DNA of 64,000 bases from Chloroflexota bacterium (lineage in GTDB: Bacteria > Chloroflexota > UBA11872 > VXOZ01), in the NCBI GenBank assembly GCA_964291655.2, contig OZ219802.1:1728001-1792000 (forward strand), in the 5' to 3' direction. How positions within the stretch are numbered: the stretch's first letter is position 1; each line of letters begins with the position of its first letter. This document shows, piece after piece, positions 19,288-29,123 of the stretch. The notes beneath the pieces are model-generated. The model had not been told where the DNA came from, made no database searches, and saw only the letters and a list, made by a program, of their open reading frames with translations. A program made the position numbers and the translations under genes.

Positions 19288-19364
19288 CTCTTTTGGCCGA
19301 CTCCGCGCACTGAAATCGCTTTAGGTAAAGGTCGAACCTCTTTGGTTGAAACGGCAAGTTCATT

Positions 19365-20255
19365 CTATCGAGACTGCGGAATTGCCGTGATGCGCCGCAG
19401 GGCTTCCTGGTACTTGGCGCTGGTTTTTTGGATGATGTCGTCGGGGAGCGTGGGGGCGGGGGGTTCCATGTTCCAGCCGCTTTGGCGCAGCCACTCGCGG
19501 ACGAATTCCTTATCGTAGCTGGGCTGGGGATGGCCGGGTTCGTAGATGTCGGTATCCCAGTAGCGTGACGAATCCGGCGTGAACGCCTCGTCGATGAGCA
19601 TGAGTTCGCCCTCGTACAGACCGAACTCGAACTTCGTATCGGCCACGATCAGACCGGCCTTTTGGGCCTCGGCGCGCCCGAAGTTGTAGATTTCAATCGA
19701 AGTGGATTCGAGTTGCGCCGCGAGTTCCGTGCCGATACGCGAGGCCAATTCCGCCCGAGAGATGTTCTCATCGTGACCGGATTCAGCCTTGGTCGCAGGC
19801 GTAAAGATGGGCTCAGGAAATTCCTGGCTCTCCACCATTCCCGGCGGCAGTTTGTGACCGCAGACCTCGCCGGTGCGCACATAGTCGCGCCAACCGGAAC
19901 CGGCCAGATACCCGCGCACGACGCACTCGGCGTCAATGCGTTCCGCCTTGTGCACCAGCATGCTGCGCCCCGCAAGCATCTCGCTTTCGGCCTGCAGTTC
20001 CGCGGGATACGCCGTCACGTCGGTGGTGATGAGGTGGTTGGGAACCAGGTGCCCCATGCGCCGGAACCAGAAGGCGGAAAGTTGATTGAGCACCCGCCCT
20101 TTTTCCGGGATGCCCATAGGCAAGACGACGTCGAACGCTGAAATGCGGTCGGTGGTGACGATGAGCAGGTGCTCGCCCAGATCGTAGATGTCGCGCACCT
20201 TGCCCCGCGCAAAACGGGGCACGGGAAGCGCCGTTTCCAGAATCACGTCAGCCAT
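19365..20255 (-). CDS. purC: SAICAR synthetase
   Basis: GKVRDIY, TDRISAFD, ECVVRGY, FTPATKA, ADTKFEFG, TPDSSRYW. Confidence 0.97.
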   Translation of the reverse strand: MADVILETALPVPRFARGKVRDIYDLGEHLLIVTTDRISAFDVVLPMGIPEKGRVLNQLSAFWFRRMGHLVPNHLITTDVTAYPAELQAESEMLAGRSMLVHKAERIDAECVVRGYLAGSGWRDYVRTGEVCGHKLPPGMVESQEFPEPIFTPATKAESGHDENISRAELASRIGTELAAQLESTSIEIYNFGRAEAQKAGLIVADTKFEFGLYEGELMLIDEAFTPDSSRYWDTDIYEPGHPQPSYDKEFVREWLRQSGWNMEPPAPTLPDDIIQKTSAKYQEALRRITAIPQSR

Positions 20256-20367
20256 CGTCAGCTATCTTCTCCAGCCTCATTGCCCGTCCTGATCCTCACC
20301 CTCTATCATATACTGTGGAGGCCAAATGGGCTTCCAGGGCGACTCAAGCAACCACACAGAGGTGACA

Positions 20368-21162
20368 ATGGAAATAACGAAACACCAACCCGGCATGTTC
20401 AGCTTTGCGGATCTGGGCACACCCGATCTCGTAGCCTCCAAGCAATTCTATACGGCGTTTCTGGACCTGGAATTGTTCGAAATGCCGCTTCCCGACGGCA
20501 CGGAGTTTTGCATGCTCCGCAAGCGGGGCAAGAGCGCGTTTTCGCTGTACGCAATGCCGGACGAAATGAAGCAAATGACCGGCGGCCGGCCGGTGTGGCA
20601 GAGCTATTTCACGGTCGTGAGTGCCGACGAAACATCAGCAAGAATCAAGGAATTGGGCGGCACCGTGGCGCAGGAGCCAATTGACGTCATGGACGCGGGA
20701 CGCCTGCTCGTCGCCCAGGACCCCACGGGCGCCCCATTCTCCGTCTGGCAACCTGGCACCCAGATCGGCGCCGAGGTCTTCGGCGAGCACGGCGCGCTGG
20801 CGTGGAACGAACTCTATACCCGCGATACGGCAGCCGCTGGGGATTTCTACACGGGCCTTTTCGGCTGGTCGGTGGAGAAAACGCAGAGTGGCGACGGCGG
20901 CGAGTACAACCTGTTTAGTATTGGCGACCAACCGGCAGCCGGCATGATGGCAATTCGGGAGGAATGGGGTCCAATGCCCCCGAACTGGTCCATCTACCTC
21001 GCCGTTGCCAATCTGGACGCATCGCTCGAGAAGCTGCAGAGCCTCGGCGGGCAGCAGATTTCCCCTGCCATGGCGGTGGAGGGCGTGGGACGCTTTGCCT
21101 TTATTTGCGATCCCCAAGGCGCCTATTGCACCATCATCGAGCCCGTGCCTCACGACGATTAG
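20368..21162 (+). CDS. VOC/glyoxalase two-domain protein
   Basis: Duplicated FY..LFGW, DPTGA/DPQGA motifs. Confidence 0.9.
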   Translation: MEITKHQPGMFSFADLGTPDLVASKQFYTAFLDLELFEMPLPDGTEFCMLRKRGKSAFSLYAMPDEMKQMTGGRPVWQSYFTVVSADETSARIKELGGTVAQEPIDVMDAGRLLVAQDPTGAPFSVWQPGTQIGAEVFGEHGALAWNELYTRDTAAAGDFYTGLFGWSVEKTQSGDGGEYNLFSIGDQPAAGMMAIREEWGPMPPNWSIYLAVANLDASLEKLQSLGGQQISPAMAVEGVGRFAFICDPQGAYCTIIEPVPHDD

Positions 21163-21241
21163 GCTCGACGTCAATCCCGGGAACGCTGCACCCAACTTGC
21201 CTCTTGGCCCCGTTTATCATTCGTCCTGAGTATCGTCTATT

Positions 21242-21343
21242 GTTCGACCTGAATACCGTTTGCCGTTCGTGCTGAACATCGCTTACCGTTCCTGCTGAAT
21301 ACCGCTTACCGTTCGTGCTGAGCTTGTCGAAGCATGAACGGTA
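21242..21343. repeat. Three 23-bp tandem copies of a REP arm followed by a full gttcgtgctgagcttgtcgaagcatgaac REP
   Basis: Units gttcgacctgaataccgtttgcc / gttcgtgctgaacatcgcttacc / gttcctgctgaataccgcttacc. Confidence 0.75.
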
Positions 21344-21389
21344 AACGGAGATTGCGCGCTCGAACGATCACCGGTGTCGGCCTGACCTC

Positions 21390-22685
21390 TCACGCCAGCC
21401 CCATGCGCTTGTACGACGCATCGATGTTGCGCACGTGGTGGCGCACGTCAAAGAGCGCGTCAATCTCGCCTTCATCCAGATGTTCGCGCACCCGCGAGTC
21501 GTCCTTGAGGAGGGTGCCGAAGTCCGCGCCCGTTTCCCACGCGGCGGTGGCGTGCTCCTGGACGATGGCGTAGGCATCCTGTCGCGTGAGCCCGCAATTG
21601 ACCAGGGCTAAGAGCACTGACTCGCTGTAGACGAGGCCGCGTGTTTGGTTGAGGTTGCGCAGCATTTTGTCGGGGTACACCTGCAAATCGGCCATGACGC
21701 GGGTAAACAGCGCGAGCATGTAGTCAAGGACAATGCACGAATCGGGGAGAATGACGCGTTCGGGCGCGGAGTTGGTGATGTCGCGTTCATGCCAGAGGGC
21801 CACGTTTTCCAGCGCCGTTTGCGCGTAGGACCGCATCAGGCGGGCCAGGCCCGAAACTCGCTCACATCTGGCGGGATTTCGTTTGTGGGGCATGGCGGAA
21901 GAACCCACTCGACCGCGCTCGAAGGGTTCTTCCACTTCCAAGACCTCGGTGCGTTGGAGATTGCGGACTTCGGTCGCGAATTTATCCAGCGAAGAGCCAA
22001 TTACGGCCAACGTAGTTACAAAATCGGCGTGGCGGTCACGCTGGATGATTTGCGTCGAGGTGGGCGCTACGTCAAGGCCCAAACCGGCACACACGCGGTC
22101 CTCGATGGCGGGCGGCACGTTGGCGTGAGTGCCCACCGCACCGGATATCTTGCCCACGGCTACCTGTGCTCGCGCCGCCTCCAAGCGTTGCCGGTTGCGG
22201 CGCATCTCGTCCACCCAGACGAGCAGCTTGTACCCAAACGTGATCGGTTCCGCCTGCACGCCGTGGGTGCGGCCGATCTGCGGTACATCCTTGTACGTGA
22301 CCGCCGCTGCCTCGAGCACGCCGCTGAGTTCATCGATGCCGTCCAGCAGCACGTCCGCAGCGTCCCGCAGCCGGATGCCGGTTGCCGTGTCCTCCACGTC
22401 GTAGGAGGTCAACCCAAGGTGGAGAAAGCGGCTTTCGTCTCCCAGTTGTTCCGCCACCGCCATGAGGAAGGCGTTGAGGTCGTGGTCGATCTCGCGCTCT
22501 ATCTCCGCGATGCGTTCCAGGGACGGGGTCCGCGCGTGGCGCAGCTTAGCCATGTCTTCTGCGGGGACCGTTCCGTGCTCAGTCCACGCATCGCACACGG
22601 CAAGTTCTACCTGCAGCCAACTGGCGAACTTGCGGTCCTCAGACCAAATCATGCCCATTTTGGGTCGCGTGTAGCGGGGAAGCAT
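21390..22685 (-). CDS. purB: Adenylosuccinate lyase
   Basis: GRTHG..AEP, GSSAMPHKRNP, WHERDI. Confidence 0.97.
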   Translation of the reverse strand: MLPRYTRPKMGMIWSEDRKFASWLQVELAVCDAWTEHGTVPAEDMAKLRHARTPSLERIAEIEREIDHDLNAFLMAVAEQLGDESRFLHLGLTSYDVEDTATGIRLRDAADVLLDGIDELSGVLEAAAVTYKDVPQIGRTHGVQAEPITFGYKLLVWVDEMRRNRQRLEAARAQVAVGKISGAVGTHANVPPAIEDRVCAGLGLDVAPTSTQIIQRDRHADFVTTLAVIGSSLDKFATEVRNLQRTEVLEVEEPFERGRVGSSAMPHKRNPARCERVSGLARLMRSYAQTALENVALWHERDITNSAPERVILPDSCIVLDYMLALFTRVMADLQVYPDKMLRNLNQTRGLVYSESVLLALVNCGLTRQDAYAIVQEHATAAWETGADFGTLLKDDSRVREHLDEGEIDALFDVRHHVRNIDASYKRMGLA

Positions 22686-22956
22686 GGGGATTTCTCTCGA
22701 ATCTAAAAGCCGTCGCACGAGCGATTGGGAATTTGCAGTCCACTTGCCATTCTAGGAGAAGGGCCTGGCTCTGTCCAACAGTGGAAAACGGGAACCGGCC
22801 GTGCTGCGCAAACAACTGCCGGCGAGGTCAATCTTGAACAGTGAAACGAGAGGAACAGTGGTGACCCAGATAAACCAGGCAAGGGGCGATGGGCAGACAG
22901 TGCTGAGTCGGCGGCGCGGCGGGTTAGGAAGGCGAGATAGGAGGTCGGCGCGGTTG

Positions 22957-23246
22957 CACTTCGACAAGCTCAGTGTGAACGGATGGGAGAATTGAATGGA
23001 AGTTCCATTGCGAATCGACAAGTCCAGTGTGAATGGATTAGGAAGTTGTCGGCGGGTGGGACCGAAATTCGACTGGCTCAGTATGAACGGAACTTGGGGC
23101 TGGCGGTTGATAGACCGGCACTTCGACAGGTTCAGCGCGAACGGGAACTGGGGTTTGCGATGGATCGGACAGCACATCGACAAGCTCAGTGCGAACGGGT
23201 CTTAGAGCCGGTGCCCAACGAGACTGGACTCTGGAAAGCTCAGCAC
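22957..23246 (+). repeat. Degenerate tandem array, exact 54-bp period, core TCGACAAGCTCAGTGYGAACGG, 5 clear plus 1 decayed unit
   Basis: Core starts at 22961, 23015, 23069, 23123, 23177, 23231. Confidence 0.85.
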
Positions 23247-23267
23247 AATCAGAGAAAACACGACGCG

Positions 23268-23546
23268 CTATAGACCGCCCGCCATGGCGGGGATCACTGA
23301 GATCTCGTCGCCGTCGGAGAGCGCGGTGTCTTTGCCCTGGAGCGTGCGTACTTCTTCTGAGTTTACGTAGACGTTGAGGTAGCCGGGGATATCACCGTTT
23401 TCGTCTGCGATCTGCGCGCCGATGCCGGGGAACTGGCGCTCCAGTTCCTGCAGAAGCTGCGCAACGTTTGCCGCTTCGAGCTCCACCCGGGACTGATTGC
23501 CGGTGAAACGACGATACGGTGTCGGAATGTAGACTTTTACTCCCAT
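23268..23546 (-). CDS. MoaD/ThiS/CysO-family sulfur carrier (ends GG-L)
   Basis: IPTPYR, NVYVNSEEVR..QG..T.L.DGDEISVIPAMAGG. Confidence 0.9.
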   Translation of the reverse strand: MGVKVYIPTPYRRFTGNQSRVELEAANVAQLLQELERQFPGIGAQIADENGDIPGYLNVYVNSEEVRTLQGKDTALSDGDEISVIPAMAGGL

Positions 23547-23975
23547 CGCGATGGGTCCTTAGCTTTATTTTCGTTAGCTTGCGTACCAACTCTTACTATA
23601 AGCTATCTCGATGCTGCGGCTCAACGTGGCAACTCGTATCGGGGCTATCTTGGCTATCCTGGGGAAGACGCCAAAGAAACGCCCGTACTTTGCCGGCGCA
23701 GCTTTGAGTGTCCGCACTGCTCTCATTGCGTCGTTTGCCGCTAGGCAAGCGGCCGGTAGCAACGGTAAGATGTAATCGGATGTGGGCGCGTGTGTTCTCG
23801 CTTCGAATAACTTGCAGTGTACACGTCAAGCAGGTCGGCCAGTTCCCAGCAGGTATGACTGCGCACATGCGGAATTGACCCGGCATACACGTACCGCGTG
23901 ACCTTGAGCGGCACGCGCCCAGGACTCCGACTACGCAAGAAACAATCTTCCACTACAAGACAGGAGACTCGAGCT

Positions 23976-24758
23976 ATGGCGGAAGGTAACGGGCGACCCG
24001 AACTCTTCGATGTCAACGTCTCACTTGGCCCATTGCCGCAGCGGCCGCCGGGGTCGCCCGTCGATGCCGCGAGCTTGCTGGAGCTGCTGGATGCGTATGA
24101 CATTTCACGGGCACTGGTGACGCATACCTATGCCAAGTGGCACGATCCCACAGACGGCAATGAACGTCTCTTACAGGCCATTGCCGGCGAGCCGCGACTT
24201 TCCCCGTGTTGGGTGGTAATGCCTGCTGCCACGCGTGAAGTGCCGCCGGAAACGGAGCAAGTCGATCAACTGCTGGCGGCAGGTGCGCGCGCCGCGCGAC
24301 TCTGTCCCAAGACCCATATCCTTGTGCTCGAACCGTGGGTGATCGAGCCGCTCGCGCAAGCCCTCGCCGACAAACGGGTGCCGGTTCTGCTCGACTTCGA
24401 CAACGCCCACTACAGCGAGCCGCGGCACTGGGACTTCATCGCGTGGCTGCTGGAGGCGTTTCCCGATTTGCCGGTGATTCTCTTGCGGCAGTCCCACGCC
24501 GACTTTCGCGTGCTCTTCCCGCTGCTCGAACGCTCACCGAACCTCTATGTGGAAACTTCCTATCTGGGCGGGCACAGCGCCCTCATTGAGCTGGCAGAAC
24601 GGTGGGGAGCCGAGCGCTTCATCTTTGGCACCGGCCTGCCGCTTTTCGAACCGGCCCTGCCCATCACCACGCTGTCTTACGGCGGATTGGAGCCCGCAGC
24701 GCGCGCGGAAATCGCGGGGGCAAGCCTGCAGCGTCTCCTCGACGGCTGCAAGGTGTAG
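23976..24758 (+). CDS. Amidohydrolase-fold protein (degenerate metal site)
   Basis: DVNV in place of DxHxH, PNLYVETS, GAERFIFGTGLP. Confidence 0.75.
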   Translation: MAEGNGRPELFDVNVSLGPLPQRPPGSPVDAASLLELLDAYDISRALVTHTYAKWHDPTDGNERLLQAIAGEPRLSPCWVVMPAATREVPPETEQVDQLLAAGARAARLCPKTHILVLEPWVIEPLAQALADKRVPVLLDFDNAHYSEPRHWDFIAWLLEAFPDLPVILLRQSHADFRVLFPLLERSPNLYVETSYLGGHSALIELAERWGAERFIFGTGLPLFEPALPITTLSYGGLEPAARAEIAGASLQRLLDGCKV

Positions 24759-24968
24759 GAACTGCATGCGTGGCCGCGACGCTATTTCATCGGCCGAGCT
24801 TTGCTTCCTCAAGGAGACGATTGCGAAATCTCTCTTGGGCGCAATTTCGATTCCTCTACCTCATGAGAACCGTCCGTAACCTTTGCCAATACGAGGAAGT
24901 CCCCTCTCCCAACAGAAACCATGGCGTATCTAGATCTTGAGGAAATTGTGCTACCCCCTCTCCCTGGG

Positions 24969-25519
24969 GAGACCTCTGCAAAACCCTTCTTTCAAGCAGG
25001 GGCACTCCCTCTCCTGGGGGAGTGTATAGACCGGGTTGATGGGTAACACATGTTCGGGTTGATAGGTTACACCATCGAATATGGGAGTTTTCGTTGTATG
25101 CAGTGTCCATGCCATGGAAGTTAGACCAACTCAATACCCTTATGGATACGGTTTTTCCCCTGGCACCAGCTCACGAACTGAACATGAGTATGTCGTGGTG
25201 CCTGGAACGTCTATTTCTCTGCCCAACCTAAAGCGCCCGAAGGTGTCAATCAGTACAATGTGTAACCTATCAACCCGAACACCTGTTACCTATCAGCCCA
25301 GTCTGTACAGGGAGAGGGTTGGGGTGAGGGGGTTTTCTTGCTACAATGGCCCTTTACGCTGTGCAGTGTCAAGACGTATCAGGGCAGAATCGGTGTGCAT
25401 ATGGAGAGATTTCAGGAGATTCACCCTCACCCCCGTATCACGTACGGGGCAGGCTCTAACCCTCTCCCGTCGAGGGAGAGGGATCACTCTCGCTTCCGCT
25501 TAGGTTTCGCAACGTTCTC
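24969..25519. mobile_element. MITE family B copy (IS5-like ends) inserted in a REP and interrupted by an IS481-type MITE
   Basis: Ends gagacctctgcaaaa / tttcgcaacgttctc; CTGGG on both flanks; flanks rejoin to a ccctctccctggg..gagagggccggggtgaggg REP. Confidence 0.6.
25023..25309. mobile_element. Non-autonomous IS481-type element (MITE family C), 287 bp
   Basis: ~50-bp TIR tgtatagaccgggttgatgggtaacacatgttcgggttgataggttacac; GGGAG duplicated at 25018-25022 and 25310-25314. Confidence 0.88.
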
Positions 25520-25678
25520 CTGGGGGAGAGGGCCGGGGTGAGGGGAAACCTCGCCAATTCAACCGTCATCTCCCTCCCACGATCGTATAGGCAGCGGACT
25601 CCAGTACGTGTGGCGGGGCACGCGAGCCTCCGCCGCGCACATGAGAAAAATCTACTCAATCGATTAAGGAGCATCCAA

Positions 25679-26365
25679 GTGTCCACCTTCGCAAAACTCA
25701 CACCCGCGCAGCTTGCTGCCCTGCGGGCGATAGACAGTCCTACCATTGCCAACGCCATCGAAGAATTCGACGTGCGCGACCGCCGCGCCGGGTACATGGA
25801 TGGATCCATCCACTGTATATACCCAGATCTCGGCGAAATCGTGGGCTATGCCTTCACTGTCACCTTCAAGAACCGCGAACCGGGCGACCCGCCCATGCGC
25901 CAGGAGAGGGTCAGGGCGCTGGAACACGCGGCGGCTGTGCCGGCGCCGCGCATCTTGGTGGCCCACGACGCCACGCCGGAGGTGCCGGCGGCGCTCTTTG
26001 GCGAGATTATGTGCACGCTGCTCACGCGCCTCGACTTCGTGGGCGTCATCACCGACGGTACCGTGCGCGACCTCAATGAGGTGCGGGAGCTCGGCCTGCA
26101 GTATTTCGCGTCCGGCGCGATCGTCTCTCACGGGCAAGTCACGGTAGAATCTTTTGCCACGCCCGTGACCGTTGCGGGACTCTCCGTCGAGACTGGCGAC
26201 CTGCTGCATGCCGACTGCAACGGCGTCGTCCAGATTCCTGCCGAAATCGCGCCCGAGGTCGCCGCCAAAGCCGAGGAAGTGCGCCGGGACGAGGCAAAAC
26301 TCCTCGACGCTCTCGCCGATCCGGCGTTTACGCTAGAGGAATTTAAGAAGGTCATGTTGGGGTAA
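25679..26365 (+). CDS. RraA/HMG aldolase family protein
   Basis: DSPTIANA, VGYAFT, FGEIM, TDGTVRD, GDLLHADCNGVV; AAGGAG RBS before GTG. Confidence 0.88.
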   Translation: MSTFAKLTPAQLAALRAIDSPTIANAIEEFDVRDRRAGYMDGSIHCIYPDLGEIVGYAFTVTFKNREPGDPPMRQERVRALEHAAAVPAPRILVAHDATPEVPAALFGEIMCTLLTRLDFVGVITDGTVRDLNEVRELGLQYFASGAIVSHGQVTVESFATPVTVAGLSVETGDLLHADCNGVVQIPAEIAPEVAAKAEEVRRDEAKLLDALADPAFTLEEFKKVMLG

Positions 26366-26369
26366 GCAC

Positions 26370-27026
26370 ATGGCTCATGCAGAGCAGAACAAAACTCGTG
26401 AAGAAATGCAGGACATTGCCGATCAGTTGCGGGCGATTGGGCAAACCGGGCTCTTCTATGCCCGGCGGGAGGATGACGAGTACGACATTGCCCGTTACGA
26501 GCGCGCGTTGGCGCTGGCGGCGCGGCTCTTTGCGCTCACGGATACGCGATCGGTAGAAAAGATCTTGGCGTTGTACAACAGTGACATCAACTATCAAACG
26601 CCAAAAATAGCGGCGTTCGGCGCTATCTTCGACCCGCAGGGCCGCGTGCTGCTCATACAACGGTCCGATAATCGCCTCTGGGCCATGCCGGGCGGCATGG
26701 TTGAGGTCGGCGAGACCGCGGCACAGGCGGCGGAACGGGAAATCTGGGAGGAGACCGGCGTGCGCGTGCGGGCTGAGCAGCTCATCGGTATTTACGACAA
26801 CCGGGCTCACGGCGGTCGGGCGCCGTTTCAGACTTATATGGTTGGGTTCCTGTGCGCGCATGTTTCCGGTACGCCGCACCCGACGAGCGAAGCCCTGGAC
26901 GTAGGCTACTTTACCGAAGATGCGCTACCGTCGCTCACGCCCGGCGCCCGCGACCGCGTGCCTCAGGCCTTCGCCTGGCAGCGCGGCGAACGCACGGAGC
27001 CGCACTTCGAGCGCGAGCTTGCGTGA
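26370..27026 (+). CDS. Nudix hydrolase with Nudix_N domain
   Basis: Nudix box GGMVEVGETAAQAAEREIWEETG; YQTPK. Confidence 0.92.
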   Translation: MAHAEQNKTREEMQDIADQLRAIGQTGLFYARREDDEYDIARYERALALAARLFALTDTRSVEKILALYNSDINYQTPKIAAFGAIFDPQGRVLLIQRSDNRLWAMPGGMVEVGETAAQAAEREIWEETGVRVRAEQLIGIYDNRAHGGRAPFQTYMVGFLCAHVSGTPHPTSEALDVGYFTEDALPSLTPGARDRVPQAFAWQRGERTEPHFERELA

Positions 27027-27173
27027 ATTCCTGTCCCGCGAAAGCAATCACACGGATCGCGCCATTGCATCGGGAAGCCAAGCACGTCGCGCGGGGGCTT
27101 GTCCCCCGCTTGGAGAGCTTTGCCTAGCCCTCATCGTACGCGCGGGAATTACCCCCTCTCCCTGGGGAGAGGG

Positions 27174-28460
27174 TGTATAGACCAGAGAGATACTTAACGG
27201 GTGTGCGCAGACATACTTTACACAGTATGGCACTCTTTCTGAGTAAAGAAGGAGGTGCCTCATGCCTTGGAAGGAGAGTACTGCTGTGGATGCTAAGCGC
27301 GAATTCGTCGCTTTGGCGCGAGCGCCGGGGGCGAACATACGCGCGTTGTGTCGACGCTTTGCGATCTCGCCGCCCACTGGCTATGCCTTGCTGCATCGTT
27401 ACGCCGAAGAGGGGGAAGAGGCCTTCACGTCCCGCTCGCGTCGGCCGCACCACTCGCCGCGGCGCACGCCATCTGCGGTGGAGGCGGTCGTGGTAGAACT
27501 GCGCAAGCGCCACCCGGCGTGGGGCGGTCGCAAGCTCCACCACGCACTGCTGAACGCCGGTCACACGGTGGTTCCCAGCCCCAGCGCCATCACCAACATC
27601 CTCCATCGGCACGATCTCATCGACCCGGTGGAGCGAACGCACCGGGACTGGCAGCGCTTTGAACACCCGTATCCCAACGACCTGTGGCAGATGGACTACA
27701 AGGGTCACTTCGCCGTGGACGCCGGGCGCTGCCACCCGCTCACCGTCTTGGACGACCACTCCCGCTTCGCCGTGGGTCTGTGGGCCTGTGGGGACGAGCG
27801 GGCAGACACGGTGCGGGCATGTCTGACGAGTGCCTTTCGCCGCTACGGACTGCCGGCGCGTATGCTGATGGACAACGGGTCGCCGTGGGGCAGCAATGCC
27901 GCGCACCCGTACACCAGGCTTACCGTCTGGCTGCTGCGGCTGGGCGTGTCGGTGAGCCATGGTCGCCCCTACCATCCGCAGACCCAGGGCAAAGAGGAGC
28001 GGTTCCACCGCACCTTGCAGGCTGAGGCGCTGCAAGGCAGGCGGTTCGCCGACCTCGCGACCTGCCAAGCGGCCCTGGACCGCTGGCGGGACGTCTACAA
28101 CCTGGAACGACCGCACCAGGCCCTCCACATGGCAACGCCCCTGAGCCGCTACGCGCCGAGCCGCCGCTCCTTCCCCGAGGAACTCCCCCCGATCACGTAT
28201 GGCGACGGCGACGAGACGCGCAAGGTGATGGCGGAAGGTTGGGTCAACTTTCAGGGACGAGAGTTCCGCGTCGGCAAGGCGTTTGTGGGTTGCCACATCG
28301 GCCTGAGACCAACCACCAGTGACGGCGTGTGGAGTGTGTGGTTCATGACCCACCACATAGCAGAGCTGAACCTGCGCGGACCTCTGCCCCGTGTAGAAAT
28401 ACCAACTCATGTGTAAAGTATGTCCTCGTACACCTGTAAACTATGTGTCAGGTCTATACA
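27174..28460 (+). mobile_element. Complete IS481-family insertion sequence, 1287 bp
   Basis: TGTATAGACC...GGTCTATACA TIR (~50 bp, imperfect); GAGGG duplicated at 27169-27173 and 28461-28465. Confidence 0.95.
27262..28416 (+). CDS. IS481-family DDE transposase
   Basis: MPWKE, SRRPH.SP, WQMDYKG, DDHSRF, DNG, HPQTQGKEERFHRTL. Confidence 0.96.
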   Translation: MPWKESTAVDAKREFVALARAPGANIRALCRRFAISPPTGYALLHRYAEEGEEAFTSRSRRPHHSPRRTPSAVEAVVVELRKRHPAWGGRKLHHALLNAGHTVVPSPSAITNILHRHDLIDPVERTHRDWQRFEHPYPNDLWQMDYKGHFAVDAGRCHPLTVLDDHSRFAVGLWACGDERADTVRACLTSAFRRYGLPARMLMDNGSPWGSNAAHPYTRLTVWLLRLGVSVSHGRPYHPQTQGKEERFHRTLQAEALQGRRFADLATCQAALDRWRDVYNLERPHQALHMATPLSRYAPSRRSFPEELPPITYGDGDETRKVMAEGWVNFQGREFRVGKAFVGCHIGLRPTTSDGVWSVWFMTHHIAELNLRGPLPRVEIPTHV

Positions 28461-28620
28461 GAGGGTCGGGGTGAGGGGAAACCGGCGCCGATCCGGTTGA
28501 ATTCTGCTGGGTTTGCAGAGCTACGCAAGGCTCTTCGCATGGGCTAGAGTGCACACGGCGCGGAGAAGATGGATTCCCGCGTTCGCGGGAATGACGGATT
28601 GCGGAAACTTGCGTGGGAAT

Positions 28621-28862
28621 TGTAAGTGTTGAGTAATTCGTTGACAGAATTCGCTTTCCCGTAGAAAGCGCTACAAGGCCTTGTCATTCCGAGCGTAGCG
28701 AGGAATCTAGGGTCCCTGCTCAACACACTTTCACGGCCTCAGCACTCTAGATTCCTCACTCCGCTGCGCTTCGTTCGGAATGACATGTGTACTGTTCATG
28801 TAGAGTACTGCGTTCAGCTGCTTTTGTTCTCAAATCTGTCAACGAATTACCTGACATTAACA
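28621..28862. mobile_element. MITE family A, second copy (inverted)
   Basis: Same TIRs as 667-934; GGAAT duplicated at 28616-28620 and 28863-28867. Confidence 0.8.
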
Positions 28863-29048
28863 GGAATGACAGCTCGGGAGCGTAGGTTTGCAACCTGCGC
28901 ACGTGTGGATTCCTGCGCAGTGGTAATGACGGAAGGCTGCAAGAGCTACAACCATCGGAATTGCAAACGCTCTGTTTTGCGTCCCGGGGTGTCTTGTCCG
29001 TCGCCGCGAGCCGGTGCTACAATGCAGGCAAGCCCACAATGCACGCAC

Positions 29049-29123
29049 GGCCCGCTAGCTCAATGGCAGAGCAACTGACTCTTAATCAGTGGGTTCGGGG
29101 TTCGAGTCCCTGGCGGGTCACCA
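29049..29123 (+). tRNA. tRNA-Lys(CTT)
   Basis: Acceptor GGCCCGC/GCGGGTC, anticodon arm ctgactCTTaatcag, GGTTCGAGT T-loop, encoded CCA. Confidence 0.96.

Noticed and set aside
22957-23246. CRISPR array
   Set aside because: Repeats are degenerate throughout, some spacers are related to each other, the core is a REP arm, and there is no leader or cas gene
17443-23546. MoaD-like gene at 23268 as substrate of the island ThiF enzyme
   Set aside because: It lies outside the low-GC island beyond purC/purB and looks like a host sulfur carrier; no sequence evidence links them
27124-28410. 428-aa minus-strand ORF
   Set aside because: Antisense shadow of the IS481 transposase
29049-29123. tRNA-Lys or tRNA-Pro as an integration site
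   Set aside because: No duplicated tRNA 3' end and no integrase seen in the window
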